Positions 12,851-25,810 of a stretch of DNA of 64,000 nucleotides are shown piece after piece (position 1 is the stretch's first letter; every line of letters starts with the position of its first letter). The DNA lies in contig OX597816.1 in assembly GCA_951406725.2 (NCBI GenBank), positions 171,864,001 through 171,928,000 of the forward strand, read 5' to 3'. Source of the stretch: Octopus vulgaris. Lineage: Eukaryota. The translations under genes were made by a program, and so were the position numbers. The notes below the pieces were generated by a model. The model did no database searches and was not told where the DNA came from. It worked only from the letters and a program-made list of their open reading frames with translations.

Positions 12851-12959
12851 ATATACCGTTTAATATACCCGATCACGAAATCAGAAAAAAAAAAGACAGC
12901 CTACTAGGTGTAAAAAAAAGTGTAAAAAACGAATATGAAAGCAAAAATTTGTGCAAACG

Positions 12960-13570
12960 AATGGGGGTGGGAAGAGGACTTTTGGAAAATTCCCAAGATC
13001 CGATTTTCCCTTCATAACTTTCAGGAAAATGGATATATATATTGATGAAATTTTATAGAAATATCATTCAAATGGTACAAATTACGATTATAAAGAAATT
13101 TCTGGGGAAAATGTTTTCCGAAGGTGTGGGGAGAGGATTCTGGAAAATTCACACGATCCTTTATTTTTTCCCTTCATAACTTCCAGGAAAATGAATCTTT
13201 CAATGAAATTGTATAGAAACACCTTTCAAACAGCATAGATGATGATTATAAAGAAATTTGTGGGGAAAATGTTTTCCGAAGGGGTGGGGAGGAGGACTGT
13301 CGGAAAGTTCACACGATGAATATTTCAAGTATAATATTTCATATGGAAAAAATTTTCAACGAAATTCAAAAGACATGATATAAAAATAAGAAATATCTGG
13401 CTGGAAAATGTTTTCAAGAGAACTGATATAACACACGATCCTTTATTTTTATAAATGAATCTTTTTGAAATTGTATAGAAACACCTTTCAAACAGCATAG
13501 ATGATGATTATAAGAAATTTGTGGGGAAAATGTTTTCCGAACTAGGAGAGGACTGGAGTCACACGATCCG
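12960..13570. repeat. Degenerate tandem repeat (~165-bp unit)
   Basis: Recurrent TTCATAACTT.CAGGAAAATG...GATTATAAAGAAATTT.TGGGGAAAATGTTTTCCGAA...CACACGAT. Confidence 0.7.
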
Positions 13571-14262
13571 TTTTTTTTGTTTAATATTTTATGTGAAAAA
13601 CCAGTCGTGCAGTAATAAGAATCCGTAAAAAGCATATCTGGCATGTGACGTAAAAAGCACACACACACACACACACACACAACACCAGCCCAAACACCAC
13701 ACACTCAGACACCCAGCCACAGCTTCACACACCCCCAACCCAACCCATGCTAGCATGGAAAGCGGACATTAAATGATGATGATGATGATGATGATGATAC
13801 ATGTACATACCTTGGTCTTGATATATTGATATTGACAATTATCTTTTCAAAGGAAAACTTTCCACTTCACTTATTCTTTAGAAGCCACGAGTGATTCATC
13901 TCAAGAAAAAACCTTCAAGCAAACTGGGTAACTGAGAATTAAATTTCTTTGTCAAAGACATGCCTAACATTATCCTCCTTTATCTCTCAACCCAATAAAA
14001 AAAACAAACAAAAACACACAATGTATGTGCCTTGCATGTTTGTCGGTAGGCAACAATGGTGGTGATGATGATTCCATCAAAGCGTCATAGACAGGTGAAA
14101 CAACTCACTCCAAATCCCATTCAGGAGTGATGGATATATCAATGTTTTGTCACTCTTATGGCCTATCAACATCATACACATGAAGCGAATTAACGGTGAA
14201 TTGGTCCACAACATATGATAGTGTAAAAAACCATTTGTTGGTATGCTTGGACAATGCATATG

Positions 14263-14653
14263 GATGGATGGATGGAGCACTCCGTCAGTTACGATGACGA
14301 GGGTTCCGGTTGATCCGAATCAACGGAACAGCCTGCTCGTGAAATTAACGTGCAAGTGGCTGAGCACTCCACAGACACGTGTACCCTTAACGTAGTCTCG
14401 GGGATATTCAGCGTGACACAGAGAGTGACAAGGCCGGTCCTTTGAAATACAGGTACAACAGAAACAGGAAGAAAGAGTGAGAGAAAGTTGTGGTGAAAGA
14501 GTACAGCAGGGATCACCACCATCCCCTGCCGGAGCCTCGTGGAGCTTTAGGTGTTTTCGCTCAATAAACACTCACAACGCCCGGTCTGGGAATCGATACC
14601 GCGATCCTATGACCGCGAGTCCGCTGCCCTAACCACTGGTCCATTGCGCCTCC
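14263..14653 (-). mobile_element. tRNA-derived SINE (family C head, tail 1) with 14-bp TSD
   Basis: GGAGGCGCAATGGACCAGTGGTTAGGGCAGCGGAC head and (CCAT)n tail. TSD GGACAATGCATATG at 14249-14262 and 14654-14667. Confidence 0.9.
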
Positions 14654-15155
14654 GGACAATGCATATGTAAGGATAAACTCAAATATGTACTAGAAACAGC
14701 CACTAGTGCTGCTTCTAATGCATATTTCAACTTGTATAATATTTCATACTGACAAACACCATTTTCAACAGACAAAAGGTTCAAAAAGCACATCGCATGA
14801 CTAAAAGATAAGAAGACCGTATAGACATGGCTGGAACATAGGTCTGTTCAAAGAGAACTGATATAACACAATAAAAGAAAAGTCTGTGTGGATTTTTATA
14901 GATTGATATTCTTTATTTGATAATCAAGTGAGTATAAATACAAATATCAGAAATAAGCTTTAGCCTACAATTTGTGGGAAGTATTATTGTTTTTTTCTTT
15001 TTATGTAATACTCATTTTGACGAGAGAACCTGGAGCTGTAAGTGTTTAATTTCATTGTTTAATATTTTCCAGAAATTGAAAGAATCTAAGTTAAAAATCA
15101 GTCAAGAATGAAACAGTAATAAATATCAACAGAAGATAAAACAATATATCATGTG

Positions 15156-15240
<85 letters not shown>

Positions 15241-15522
15241 TATATACATATATATATATATATATATATACATATATACACATATATATACACACACACA
15301 CACATATATATCATCATCATCATCATCATCGTTTAACGTCCGCTTTCCATGATATATATGAATATATAAATAAAATTCATCTTTCAAAGAGAGCAAGAGC
15401 TGCATGGTCCTGATTCACTTTTTATATCTGGGCATCTTAGCATTTAGTACAGAATCAACATTAATAGTGGCAGCCTTGAAACCATTCTACTAAGAAATTA
15501 TCAACTCATTGATCTTCTGATT

Positions 15523-15639
<117 letters not shown>

Positions 15640-15647
15640 GTATATAC

Positions 15648-17400
15648 TTTATTTAAAAGCAGCAGAAATATGACAAAAGCTATTCCTCAGAGTTTCATGT
15701 TCCTGTTCATCGGACAGTTTTGTTAAAATAGAACAGAAATAATGATATGATTGAAACTAGTTAAACGATACACCTTTAAAAATGGATTTGCTTCATTGGT
15801 CCTTTCAATCAACGGTCTTAAGCATGCAATGAACAAAATAAACAAAATAATGAATTCAGCATAAATTGATCCTATTATAAAAATCGAGGAAAACCTTAAA
15901 TCGAAGAGCGGATTCAAAATACGTATTGCAAATAAGTATATATGAAATATAATTCAATTAATACATTAAAAATTTTAATTTAAATTTTCACGCTACATTA
16001 CACAAATATTTTACAACAGTATATATGCATACTAAACCATCAATATACATATATACATCAAAATAGGTGAAGTTTTTGCAGCAAGAATAGCTGATCTTAA
16101 GCGTTCTTCTATTAAATATTCTATAAAACTTATGGTCAGGTTGAAAATGTCTAGAGACTAATTTTAAGAATTCCCTACCTATATTTGTTTTTACAGCCAT
16201 ATTGAAAGCTGGGTTAAACCACAAAGCCTTTCCTAGTTCTACAAGTAGCATTACAGCTACCATTAAGTTGGTTATACTGGATCTTCTCAGAGAATCCACT
16301 ATTCCTTAATGCGCTATTGTAATAAGGTGTGGCATTTTGGAATGCTGCCTCATCCGAAGAAATTGATGATATTCATCTACCTATATTACTAAGAATAACT
16401 GGTGGATGATTGGATTCATTGCTAATATAAGATAGCTTATCATTACACTTACGGAAAGGTTTGAATTTATCTGACTGTAAATCCAAATTTACATCTAAAT
16501 AATCTACACTTTTCAGGTTAGTATCTATTGTAACCTGTAAGCCCATCCTTTGGAGGAAAGCAATAAGATGAGCTTATCTAATTCATGGCCATTTAAATTA
16601 TGGGTGACTATAAGGCCGTCATCCCTATATAATCCTGCGTCTATAAACAGGAATTCTAGCTTTAGATTGTGTAGAATATAAGCTCCTATGAGCACACATA
16701 ACTCAGCCCCGTCATATGTTCTCAACGGTACATCGAAGTGAGAATCCTCACTCTTCTTGACCCAGGTGGAATCCTCGTAAAAAAGAAACGATTTCCTTGC
16801 AGGTATGATAAAATCTATTTCTGAGTTACTGATGTTGACATACTGCTTGGCAAAGTCAGATATTGACGGGTAAAAGTCAACAATATCAAACTGTATAAAT
16901 TTGTAGTTATGCTCATGGCTAATCTCTTTAAACCAATCTATTACTGACTTACTATTTTACCAAATTCTCAAATTTAATTCACTATCTAACTTAGTTAAAA
17001 TACGATCCAAAATATATTTGCTAATAATGCCTATTTCAGTTTTAGCCAGATTGATCAATCTACATTTAGGGTTTCTATTAAAATTGGCTTTATGGTCTTT
17101 TAGGGTAATAAAAGCGCATCGGGGGGGGGGGGGATTCTAGTCTATCGCTAATCTTAAGATTGTTAGCTGTTCTTGCCTCCAAATTCACTTCTTTGTATAC
17201 ATTTGTGTTATCTTTTTTGTATGTATCTGTGATGCTATTCAAAATTAGATGCTTGTAAACGTCCATCGAACAGGAACATGAAACTCTGAGTAACAGCTTT
17301 TGTTATATTTCTGCTGCTTTTAAATAAAGCAAGTTACTCTACCTCTGGTAGATGAGAGCTCTTTTTTTCCACCTTGTTTCACATTTATGTGCTTAGTCCA
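15648..17400 (-). mobile_element. Penelope-like retroelement (Naiad-type), truncated, with inverted pLTR
   Basis: RT motifs TYDGAELC.LIG and GLYRDDGL, plus WFNPAF...TNIGREFL...IFNRRTLKISYSC. 15648-15715 is repeated in inverted orientation at 17261-17329. Confidence 0.88.
15680..15717 (-). ncRNA. pLTR hammerhead ribozyme (decayed; inverted copy 17261-17296 on +)
   Basis: Two-copy consensus CUGU-CCGAUGA-ACa-GGAA-CaU-GAAAC-UCUGA-GUA-ACAG. Confidence 0.7.
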
Positions 17401-17416
17401 GTATATATGTGTATAT

Positions 17417-17507
<91 letters not shown>

Positions 17508-17528
17508 TATAGAAATATATATATAGAT

Positions 17529-17584
<56 letters not shown>

Positions 17585-17848
17585 TCAGTAAAACAGAGGC
17601 AGAGACAAACAGGAAAAAAGGAAAATGTCCCTTGCATTTGAAGACTATTCAAAATATTTAAAAAAAACATTTCATTTAATTTCTCCACAATTCAATTGTT
17701 CTTCATGCTTTACTCCAAGTTGTAAAAGTCGCAAAGGCTGAAACTGGCACTAAAATGTTCTTCAAGACAAAATTATTTCATCATTTTCTACCTTGTCTTA
17801 TTTTCCTTATACATAACAACTTGTATGTTCCTTTTCAATCTTATACAC

Positions 17849-18118
17849 ACATATATTTGTGTATATCTATGAGTGTATGTTTATAAGTCTATATGTATAT
17901 ATGTGTGTGTGTGAGTATGTATGTTTTGCTATATATATTACTTATGTATATACATATGTGTTTATAAGTATACATATACACATGAATATATGTGTATATA
18001 TGCATGTACATATGTATATATATATACATATATGTATATAAAATATATATATACATATATTTATGTGTATATACCTATACATATAAATATATGTGCATAT
18101 ATATATATATATATTCGC

Positions 18119-18150
<32 letters not shown>

Positions 18151-18289
18151 CTACATATATGTGTGTGTATGTATGTGTATATATATATATATGTGTGTGT
18201 GTGTGTATTTATATATATATCTATATGTGTGTGTGTATGTATCAATGTATATATATATATGTATCTATCTGTCTATCTATATATATATA

Positions 18290-18371
<82 letters not shown>

Positions 18372-18511
18372 CATCTAAATATATATATATATATACATAT
18401 ATCTTTAAGTATATATGTATCTATCTATCCATCTACATATATATATATATACGTATATATCTATATTTATCTATATATACATATGTATATATATATATCT
18501 GTCTCTCACTT

Positions 18512-18544
<33 letters not shown>

Positions 18545-18701
18545 TTATATATATATATGCATATATGTATATATATATATATGTGTGTGTGTGTGTATCC
18601 GTATATGTGTGTTTGTATCTGTCTCTCTCTCTCTATATATATATATATGTATCTATATATATGTGTGTTTGTATCTCTCTCTCTCTATATATATATATGT
18701 A

Positions 18702-18740
<39 letters not shown>
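17849..18740. repeat. ~0.9-kb compound degenerate (TA)/(TG)/(TC)/(TATC) microsatellite
   Basis: Direct inspection. It is the source of the I/Y/C/V-rich spurious ORFs. Confidence 0.95.
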
Positions 18741-18742
<2 letters not shown>

Positions 18743-18899
18743 TGTCAGTCCTGGGCTATTTATTAAATATCACAGTAAAATTTCTTCCAACTTAAACCTA
18801 ATAATGATGGATTATTTAATTCAGGCAGTCTTTCTCAAACTTCCCCTTACACTCTGAACTCACCCATTAATAAGATGCAAATATATTCTTTATGAGACT

Positions 18900-21800
18900 T
18901 GTATTTTTTTTACTCATTTATTGCATGAAAAAGGACAAAGTGAAATGAGTTCAGTATTATTATATTGTTATATGTATGTCTGTGTATATAGGTCTATTGA
19001 ACTTAGAATGAAGTAGGTGATAGAAGACATAAGTAAATTGTGTGCAATATGCTGAATATTTGGTAAATGATATTTGGTAAATGATATTAAAAAAAATGGT
19101 GTGGTAAAAATAAGCGGAGTAATAAACAAATGACAGGATATTTAACTGTGTAATTGCGATAAAAAAATCACTTGAATTAATATAAATGTAAGGCATTAAT
19201 TATCAAGTGATTTTTTTTTTACAAAATAAAAAAAAAGCTATACAGAAAATTAACAAAATGAATATACAGGAATATTAAAATATCTGACATAACCCTTTAC
19301 AGTCCTCTTTGTTTATTTTGAATTCTTTGAAACAAGATAATAACTGAAAGTATATTTCTGACTAAGCTATTATCTTTAATGCACACTTCAAATAGAATCC
19401 AGAGATGCTGGAGCCAATGTGTAAGAATTAAAGAATTGAAATCCAAGATATGGTGTAGCAAGAGAATAGAAGGGATAGAACAGGAAATCTATGTTCCTGT
19501 CTGTGTCTCTTAGAATATTGTTGGAAACAAACAATTAACAAGCAGTAAAATATTACTTGCCAATATTTTTCCTTCATACAGAATTGCTTTGAATTTTATC
19601 ATGCTTCATCTTTAAACTATTTTCAATATAAAATACCACATAATTTTTTTTACGAAATATTTCCTACAAAAATAAATTATAACCTTGTACATTTAAACTA
19701 ATTTAGTTTCTTATAATTTTAATCCTGGAGTTAATCAAAGTAAGTCTATGATAGAAAAACTGAGCCAAGTTGTTAATTGAGTACAAAACACAGACAGACA
19801 CCTACCTACAGAGACTAGTACTGCAGTAGGATAGTTAAATTTTTAAATGTTAAGAATTAGCTCTTAAAATAATGTTTAACACAGCATTCCAGAAGCTATG
19901 AAGCTAACATATGGTAAAAGTCTTACCAGCTTAATAGTCTATTGTCTATCTATAAATAAATAAATATTTCATTAGCCATGGCAGGTGAAAATGGCAAACA
20001 ATAACTATAATATCAACTGTAGTAATAAATTCTGAGAAACTGCTGTAGACAGTATGCCCCCAGCAGCTGTAAATGGAAGTCTGCATACCATTGTTGAAGT
20101 ACCTAATATATAAATATTCCCCCATATTTCTTTTATACATATACCTAAATATTCAGATGAAAGCTTCATATTCAAATTATTTATGGTGTTTAATGTTTTA
20201 GTGAAGTTGGTATCATATAACAATAAAAAAACAATGCCATGGGAGTTCAATAACAAAACAAGAACAAAGGACCAGAATTTAGACATTTGGCTTTTAGTAC
20301 AGTGCATTAGTATCACAGAAAGAAATTTGAGTTGCTTTTGTTTACAGACCTCAGAAATAAATAGAAAGCTTTCATGTTTACTACCCCATGTTAACATTTG
20401 AAATTAATTAATAAACTATAAAACATCCAACAATGCTAAATTAGTATCACAGAAAAAATAACAAGCTCAAATTATTAAGTAAATTGAAGTCAATGCAAGT
20501 CATCATAAAGTAGCAATTATCTTTTGTTAAACCAGATATTAGAAACTGAGGATAAATATTGTGTACAGCTTGACTATTGTACCTCCATAGTTGTAATGCA
20601 ATGATGCTATGAACTGTGTTAGTATATTTTATCATTTTATCACAAATGCTTTACTAAATGACATGTAAACAGCAACCACTGATGTGTATCAATATATTTA
20701 TAATACCATAACTAATATGTATGAGTAAATGAAACCATGTAAGCTGCCATAAAATCTTTATAATGCTTTTCCCTTTTACATATATTTTATTTCACTACTG
20801 ATTTCAGGTTCAGATATAAGAAAAATTAAAACAAACTATACTGGTCAGCAAATATGTAGTGTAACAAAAAAATATTCATTAAGAAGCACTTGATCCCTCA
20901 AAGAGAAATATTTGTTTCTTGTTCAAAGCTGTTTCTGAATTAATTTCATAATTTAAACACCCATATTTTTGCTAGCAAATGTTTCAGCAAAATGGTAATA
21001 TTGTCATAACAATAGCGACACCTGAAAGTCTGACTACGCTGCATTGATAAGGGGCAACAACCCTGAAACGTCTGTAGCTGTCTGACTGGCAGGATGAAGC
21101 GGCTGACCTCCCTTGTTCGAAGGTTTGTAATGGACGCAGGTTCGTGTGTCAAATAGCTAACTTGAGGCGGTGGCCTCTTGGAGCTAATCAGCGACAGCTT
21201 TAGTCTTATATTTATAAGACTGCCATATTAGTATGGCGATAACTATTAAAACATGTTATAATTTTAATAAATTCCATACAGTACATCAGATGGTCTGTTA
21301 TTCTTCTCATCTTGGTGGGTCTTGGTTAGAAGTAACCTTTAGTTATTTTGGAGCATTTGTTAAAAACTGGTATGTAGCTAATTGGTTTATGTTAGATAAA
21401 TGTGTTTCCATAGACTTCAAAAAGATGTATATATTTATAAATAATTCTACAAACAGATGTTATTCAGCAATTGCAGCCAGAAATGTAGCTGAAACTCCAG
21501 AGAATATAATTTAATAAGTGATAAACTTTATATGCCACAACAGTTTGAAATTGGCTTTGACAGGTTTGAAAGAATAGCAAAGATAATAAAATAGATCCAC
21601 CTTTAATTTTGAAATTTCTCTAGGTATCAATATATGAAAGCTAAAAGAGGAAGTTGAAGGACTATAATGAATTATTATTGATAATCTAAAAGTTAGTGTA
21701 TAAAGAAAGTTTTTATTTATCTTCACTAGGTACACGTTGATTGAATAAACTCCAAAATATAACTCAAACTTATTTTATCAACCCACAGGGGGATGAAAGG

Positions 21801-22319
21801 CCAAGTCATTTCCAGTAGCATTTGAGTTCCAAACATCAAACAATACGCCTAATCTGGCGCACTGCTGTTTCCGCCAACTCACCATATTTATAAAGTAAAA
21901 ATATCAAAGACTGAAAATTCCTTTAGGAAACCAAGGACTGATATGGTCACACAGAGTATAAAATGAAATAAAATTATAAAATGGTGATACACTAAAATTC
22001 TTCAAGATAGCTTGTATGCTGGCCCAACCGTTTATATTAGGTTGCAATTATATGCTGCAATTTACAATAACAATAGCTTACAAAACCTTTGTTGAGAACA
22101 ATTAAAATCATTTGGAACATTTAATATATCACATCGTTTTTGGTTTGAAATAATCTAAAAATAAATGGAATTTTTCAATGTGTCAGCACCAAAATTCTTA
22201 CCATTTGGCTCAACAGGTAAGGAGCATGAAGGGTTTACCCACCTAAAATATCTTTGTCTATGATATTAAGGATAGACATAGCTTATTAACCAAATTTTTT
22301 TTTTTTACATTGCCTGTGA
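18900..22319 (-). other. Probable long 3' UTR of the Rab gene (end uncertain)
   Basis: Nearly repeat-free ~3.4-kb stretch directly after the stop codon. Minus-strand AATAAA (TTTATT on +) at ~21712, ~20786, ~19312 and ~18917. Confidence 0.45.
21027..21087 (+). ncRNA. Minimal type-I hammerhead ribozyme, U3-A8 variant
   Basis: GCUGCA-UUGAUAA-GGGG-caacaa-CCCU-GAAAC-GUC-UGUAGC (21038-21078). Stem I extends through a bulge (GAC/GUC, AGUC/GACU). Confidence 0.7.
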
Positions 22320-22520
22320 TTACATGACACCAGCACAACATCTCCAGTAAGAATGTTCTGAAGTTTTCATACTATTGTCTTCATGCTTAGATTCAAGGGA
22401 GAGAACTGATCTGCCTCTGTGGACTAGATGGGAGTTTGAACTGGTGCTTGTGTTAAGTGATTGAGTCGACCGCTTTAGAGATTGTTTTTGAAGGATACCT
22501 TCACAGATATGTTGGAAAGC
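22320..22520 (-). CDS. RAB15: Rab15-like GTPase, last coding exon (AFQHICEGIL...SYWRCCAGVM*)
   Basis: Polypyrimidine tract + AG acceptor, 67 codons ending in TAA, phase 0 with the previous exon, C-terminal di-cysteine. Confidence 0.9.
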   Translation of the reverse strand, partial: AFQHICEGILQKQSLKRSTQSLNTSTSSNSHLVHRGRSVLSLESKHEDNSMKTSEHSYWRCCAGVM

Positions 22521-22650
22521 CTAGATAATGAAAAAGAAAAGGAATAATTGGCAATGTGAAGAAAAGAAAAAAAACATATACTGGCATACACACAAATGTT
22601 CGTTCACATAAACCAGTGCTCTGCAACCTTATTTCACTTGCAGTACACAT

Positions 22651-22817
22651 ATCATCATCATCATCATCATCATCATCATTTAACGTCCGTTTTCCATGCT
22701 AGCATGGGTTGGACGGTTCAACCGGGGTCTGGTAAGCCATGGAGGCTGCACCAGGCCCTAGTCTGATTTGGCAGTGTTTCTACAGCTGGATGCCCTTCCT
22801 AACGCCAACCACTCCAT
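22651..22817 (-). mobile_element. RTE-LINE 3' end with (GAT)n tail
   Basis: Matches the 3' UTR of the element at 42075-43062. Further tails at ~13738, 30135, 31230-31722, 38215, 46910-47215, 55040-55200 and 60135-60488. Confidence 0.85.
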
Positions 22818-23204
22818 GATTTCAAAATTTGGCAGCACACCTGAGCTAAAAATATAACTAAAAGTACAGGTAAAAAAATTATATTCAGGTTGCACAGCAG
22901 CACACCTAGCATCGTCTCGTGGCACACCAGTGTGCGGCAGCATACTAGTAGACTAATGTAGAAACCAACACAAGGAAGGACCTATAATACAGAAACTAAA
23001 TATTCCTCTTATAAGCCACTACCTGGTAAATTACAGAGCAAAACTTTAAGTGCCAGTTATACTGATGAGGATAAAATCTGATTAATAAAAGAAACCTCCT
23101 CTTTTGGAAACAGCAAGGGAACATCTCTAACTTGGTACAGAACAAATATCTCATTGGAATTTATTACTGAATTACTAGTTTTCACCAATATGTCACTTCG
23201 TCAT

Positions 23205-23570
23205 TGTCATCGTCATCATCATCATTTAATGTTCATTTTCCATTCTGGCATGGGTTGGATGGTTTAACTGGAGCTTGTAAGGGCCAGGGTCCATGCCAGG
23301 CTCCATTGTCTGTTCTGGCATTGTTTCTACAGCTGGAACTTTTCCTTCCACTGAGTGTCCTAGCATCAATTCTGCTGTGGTGGACACGTCTTCTTGAGCA
23401 CAACAATGTGCCAGGTATCTTCTCGGTCATCTCCTTCATAAGGCTACATGTCTTCACATTGGCCTTCAATACTTTGTCCCATGTCTTCCTGGGTCCTCCC
23501 CTCTTCCACAAGTTTCATCCACTTCAAGTGATCAGAACTTAAGTACGCAACTGTTTACATCTATACACAC
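23205..23570 (-). mobile_element. RTE-LINE 3' fragment
   Basis: KRGGPRKTWDKVLKANV C-terminal motif, partial 3' UTR and (GAT)n. Confidence 0.75.
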
Positions 23571-23869
23571 CTTGGAGATAATTAATTCCACAATCATTAA
23601 GTGATACTTGTAATATTTATTAAGGAGTAAAATTACATACTTTGATAAATGACCAGAGGTATTAGTGATAGAAAATAGAAACACCTTTAAAACGATAAAA
23701 TATACTCATAACTTAACATTATTTTATTTATCAAATAACAACAATGTGAATAGTTCTAAAGACCATTTATGTTGTTGTTTAGCCACAGGTCAGTTCAGAT
23801 CAAACTAACTAATGATCAAAGAGATTCCAACTGTGGCCATCCATCCATCCATGTACTTTCTCCAGCCAC

Positions 23870-24110
23870 AAATCTTGAGTGTGAGGTGATGGGAAGGGAG
23901 GATGAGCTCCTCAGGCACCTTCTCTATAGAGTCCTACCAGAAGCAACTGTCATCACAATCTCTGGCAAGATTCCCAATTGTGACCAAGAAAATGAATATT
24001 GTCCACTCATCTCATTCTTGGTCTACCCCTGGGTCTCCTGCAGGTTGGCTCAGCATGAAGAATCCATCTTGGGATTCATTCCTGCAGCATTCTAATCACA
24101 TATCTGCAGT
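23870..24110 (-). mobile_element. Old RTE-LINE 3' fragment
   Basis: Minus strand reads IPRWILHAEP..RRPRGRPRMR*VDNI, the RTE C-terminal motif. Confidence 0.6.
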
Positions 24111-24117
24111 ACCAGAG

Positions 24118-24493
24118 TTGTGACCTCTCAATGCTGTGACCTCTCAATGCTGTGACCTCTTAATGCTGTGACCTCTCAATACTGTGACCTCTCAATGCTG
24201 TGACCTCTCAATGCTGTGACCTCTTAATGCTGTGACCTCTCAATGCTGTGACCTCTCAATGCTGTGACCTCTCAATGCTGTGACCTCTCAATGCTGTGAC
24301 CTCTTAATGCTGTGACCTCTCAATGCTGTGACCTCTCAATGCTGTGACCTCTTAATGCTGTGACCTCTCAATGCTGTGACCTCTTAATGCTGTGACCTCT
24401 CAATGCTGTGACCTCTCAATGCTGTGACCTGTTAATGCTGTGACCTCTTAATGCTGTGACCTCTCAATGCCGTGACCTCTCAATGCAGTGACC
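24118..24493. repeat. 16-bp minisatellite (GCTGTGACCTCT[C/T]AAT), ~23 copies
   Basis: Direct tandem array with no spacers. Confidence 0.95.
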
Positions 24494-24928
24494 ATCTCAT
24501 CTTATTCATTTTTTTGTGAGACAGTGAGGTATAATTTGAGGAGATTTCACTACCACTTCTAGCAGGTGAAGTGACCAAGTAATCTACTAACTAAAATTAT
24601 GTAGATTACTTTCTTTTAATAGTCAAAGAATAAGGTATGATTTAATCATTAAAAGAAAGAAGGTATTATCTAAAGTATGATAAATTATAACAATTCTATT
24701 AGATTACAAACTTTCATTCTTTCTAAAAGTCATTGGCAAACTAAAATATTTGCATATTAATTAGGAATGGTTCAGTCAGTTCTCCAAGAGATAACAGGAT
24801 TAACTTGACAGACAACTGAATGAAATTGTCCATTGTTAAAGGTTCCAGTCCCTCTTTCAGAACTTTAGTAAACATATGTAAATGTAATGTAATCATGTAA
24901 GTTATAAATACTCATAAATGGAAAATAT

Positions 24929-25069
24929 TGTGGTAAGTAGCTTGCTTACCAACCACATGGCTCCCGGTTCAGTCCCACTGTGTGGCATCTTTTGCTATAG
25001 CCCCGGGCCGACCAATGCCTTGTGAGTGGATTTGGTAGACGGAAACTGAAAGAAGCCTGTCGTATATAT

Positions 25070-25105
<36 letters not shown>

Positions 25106-25319
25106 ATATGCTTGTGTGTCTGTGTTTGTCCCCCTAGCATTGCTTGACAACCGATGCTGGTGTGTTTATGTCCCCGTCACTTAGCGGTTCGGCAAAAGAG
25201 ACTGATGGAATAAGTACTGGGCTTACAAAGAATAAGTCCCGGGGTCGATCTGCTCAACTAAAGGCGGTGCTCCAGCATGGCTGCAGTCAAATGACTGAAA
25301 CAAGTAAAAGAGTAAAGAG
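24929..25319 (+). mobile_element. SINE family A
   Basis: Matches 1272-1689. Ends ~45 bp from a Rab splice donor. Confidence 0.9.
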
Positions 25320-25363
25320 CGTATACAAAAAGTAAAGATAATAAAAAAAAAAAAGAATCCTAC

Positions 25364-25429
25364 CTTATCTATGTTTTCCCGGTTTTTTGCACTGGTTTCA
25401 AAAAATTTCATGTTGTATTGCTCGGCAAA
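25364..25429 (-). CDS. RAB15: Rab15-like exon (FAEQYNMKFFETSAKNRENIDK; G5 SAK)
   Basis: 66 bp, ttgtcag acceptor, gtagga donor, ETSAK motif. Confidence 0.95.
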
Positions 25430-25511
25430 CTGACAAAATAAGAATAAATTTCTCTCAATCAACAAATTGATAGGATACATATACTTAATATACAGTAAAA
25501 TTACTGATTAA

Positions 25512-25729
25512 CCATTTAGCATTTAGACCAGCCATACTTGGCCCGAATTATTCTGCCTATTTTATGTTCAAACTAGCCGGATCCAACTTCTTACACCTAC
25601 CCAACAATGTCATTCTAAAATTAAACAATGACATGATCAAAATTTTTGAGCTGTGAGATAATGCATGAAGAATTCAAAACATGATTAAACAAGTATTATG
25701 TTTGACAAAATAATCCAAATGCTAAAAGG
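25512..25729. mobile_element. piggyBac-like MITE
   Basis: TTAA|CCATTTAGCATTT...AAATGCTAAAAGG|TTAA. Related partial copies at ~32205-32399, 55822 and 59970. Confidence 0.7.
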
Positions 25730-25810
25730 TTAAACTTGGTCAGATTGTTGCCTCATGTCTTATATAGAAATGATCTAATTTTGCTTTATTTGTTAATCAT
25801 AATAAACTAA

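Noticed and set aside
17921-18857. Long ORFs of 281 and 254 aa
   Set aside because: Translations of (TA)/(TG) microsatellite with no protein signal. The same applies to the other IYIY/THTH ORFs.
23062-23115. CTGATGAGG...GAAAC hammerhead
   Set aside because: Stem II does not abut GAAA and no NUH/stem I pairing follows.
24118-24493. CRISPR-like array
   Set aside because: No unique spacers, no cas genes and a eukaryotic context. It is a minisatellite.
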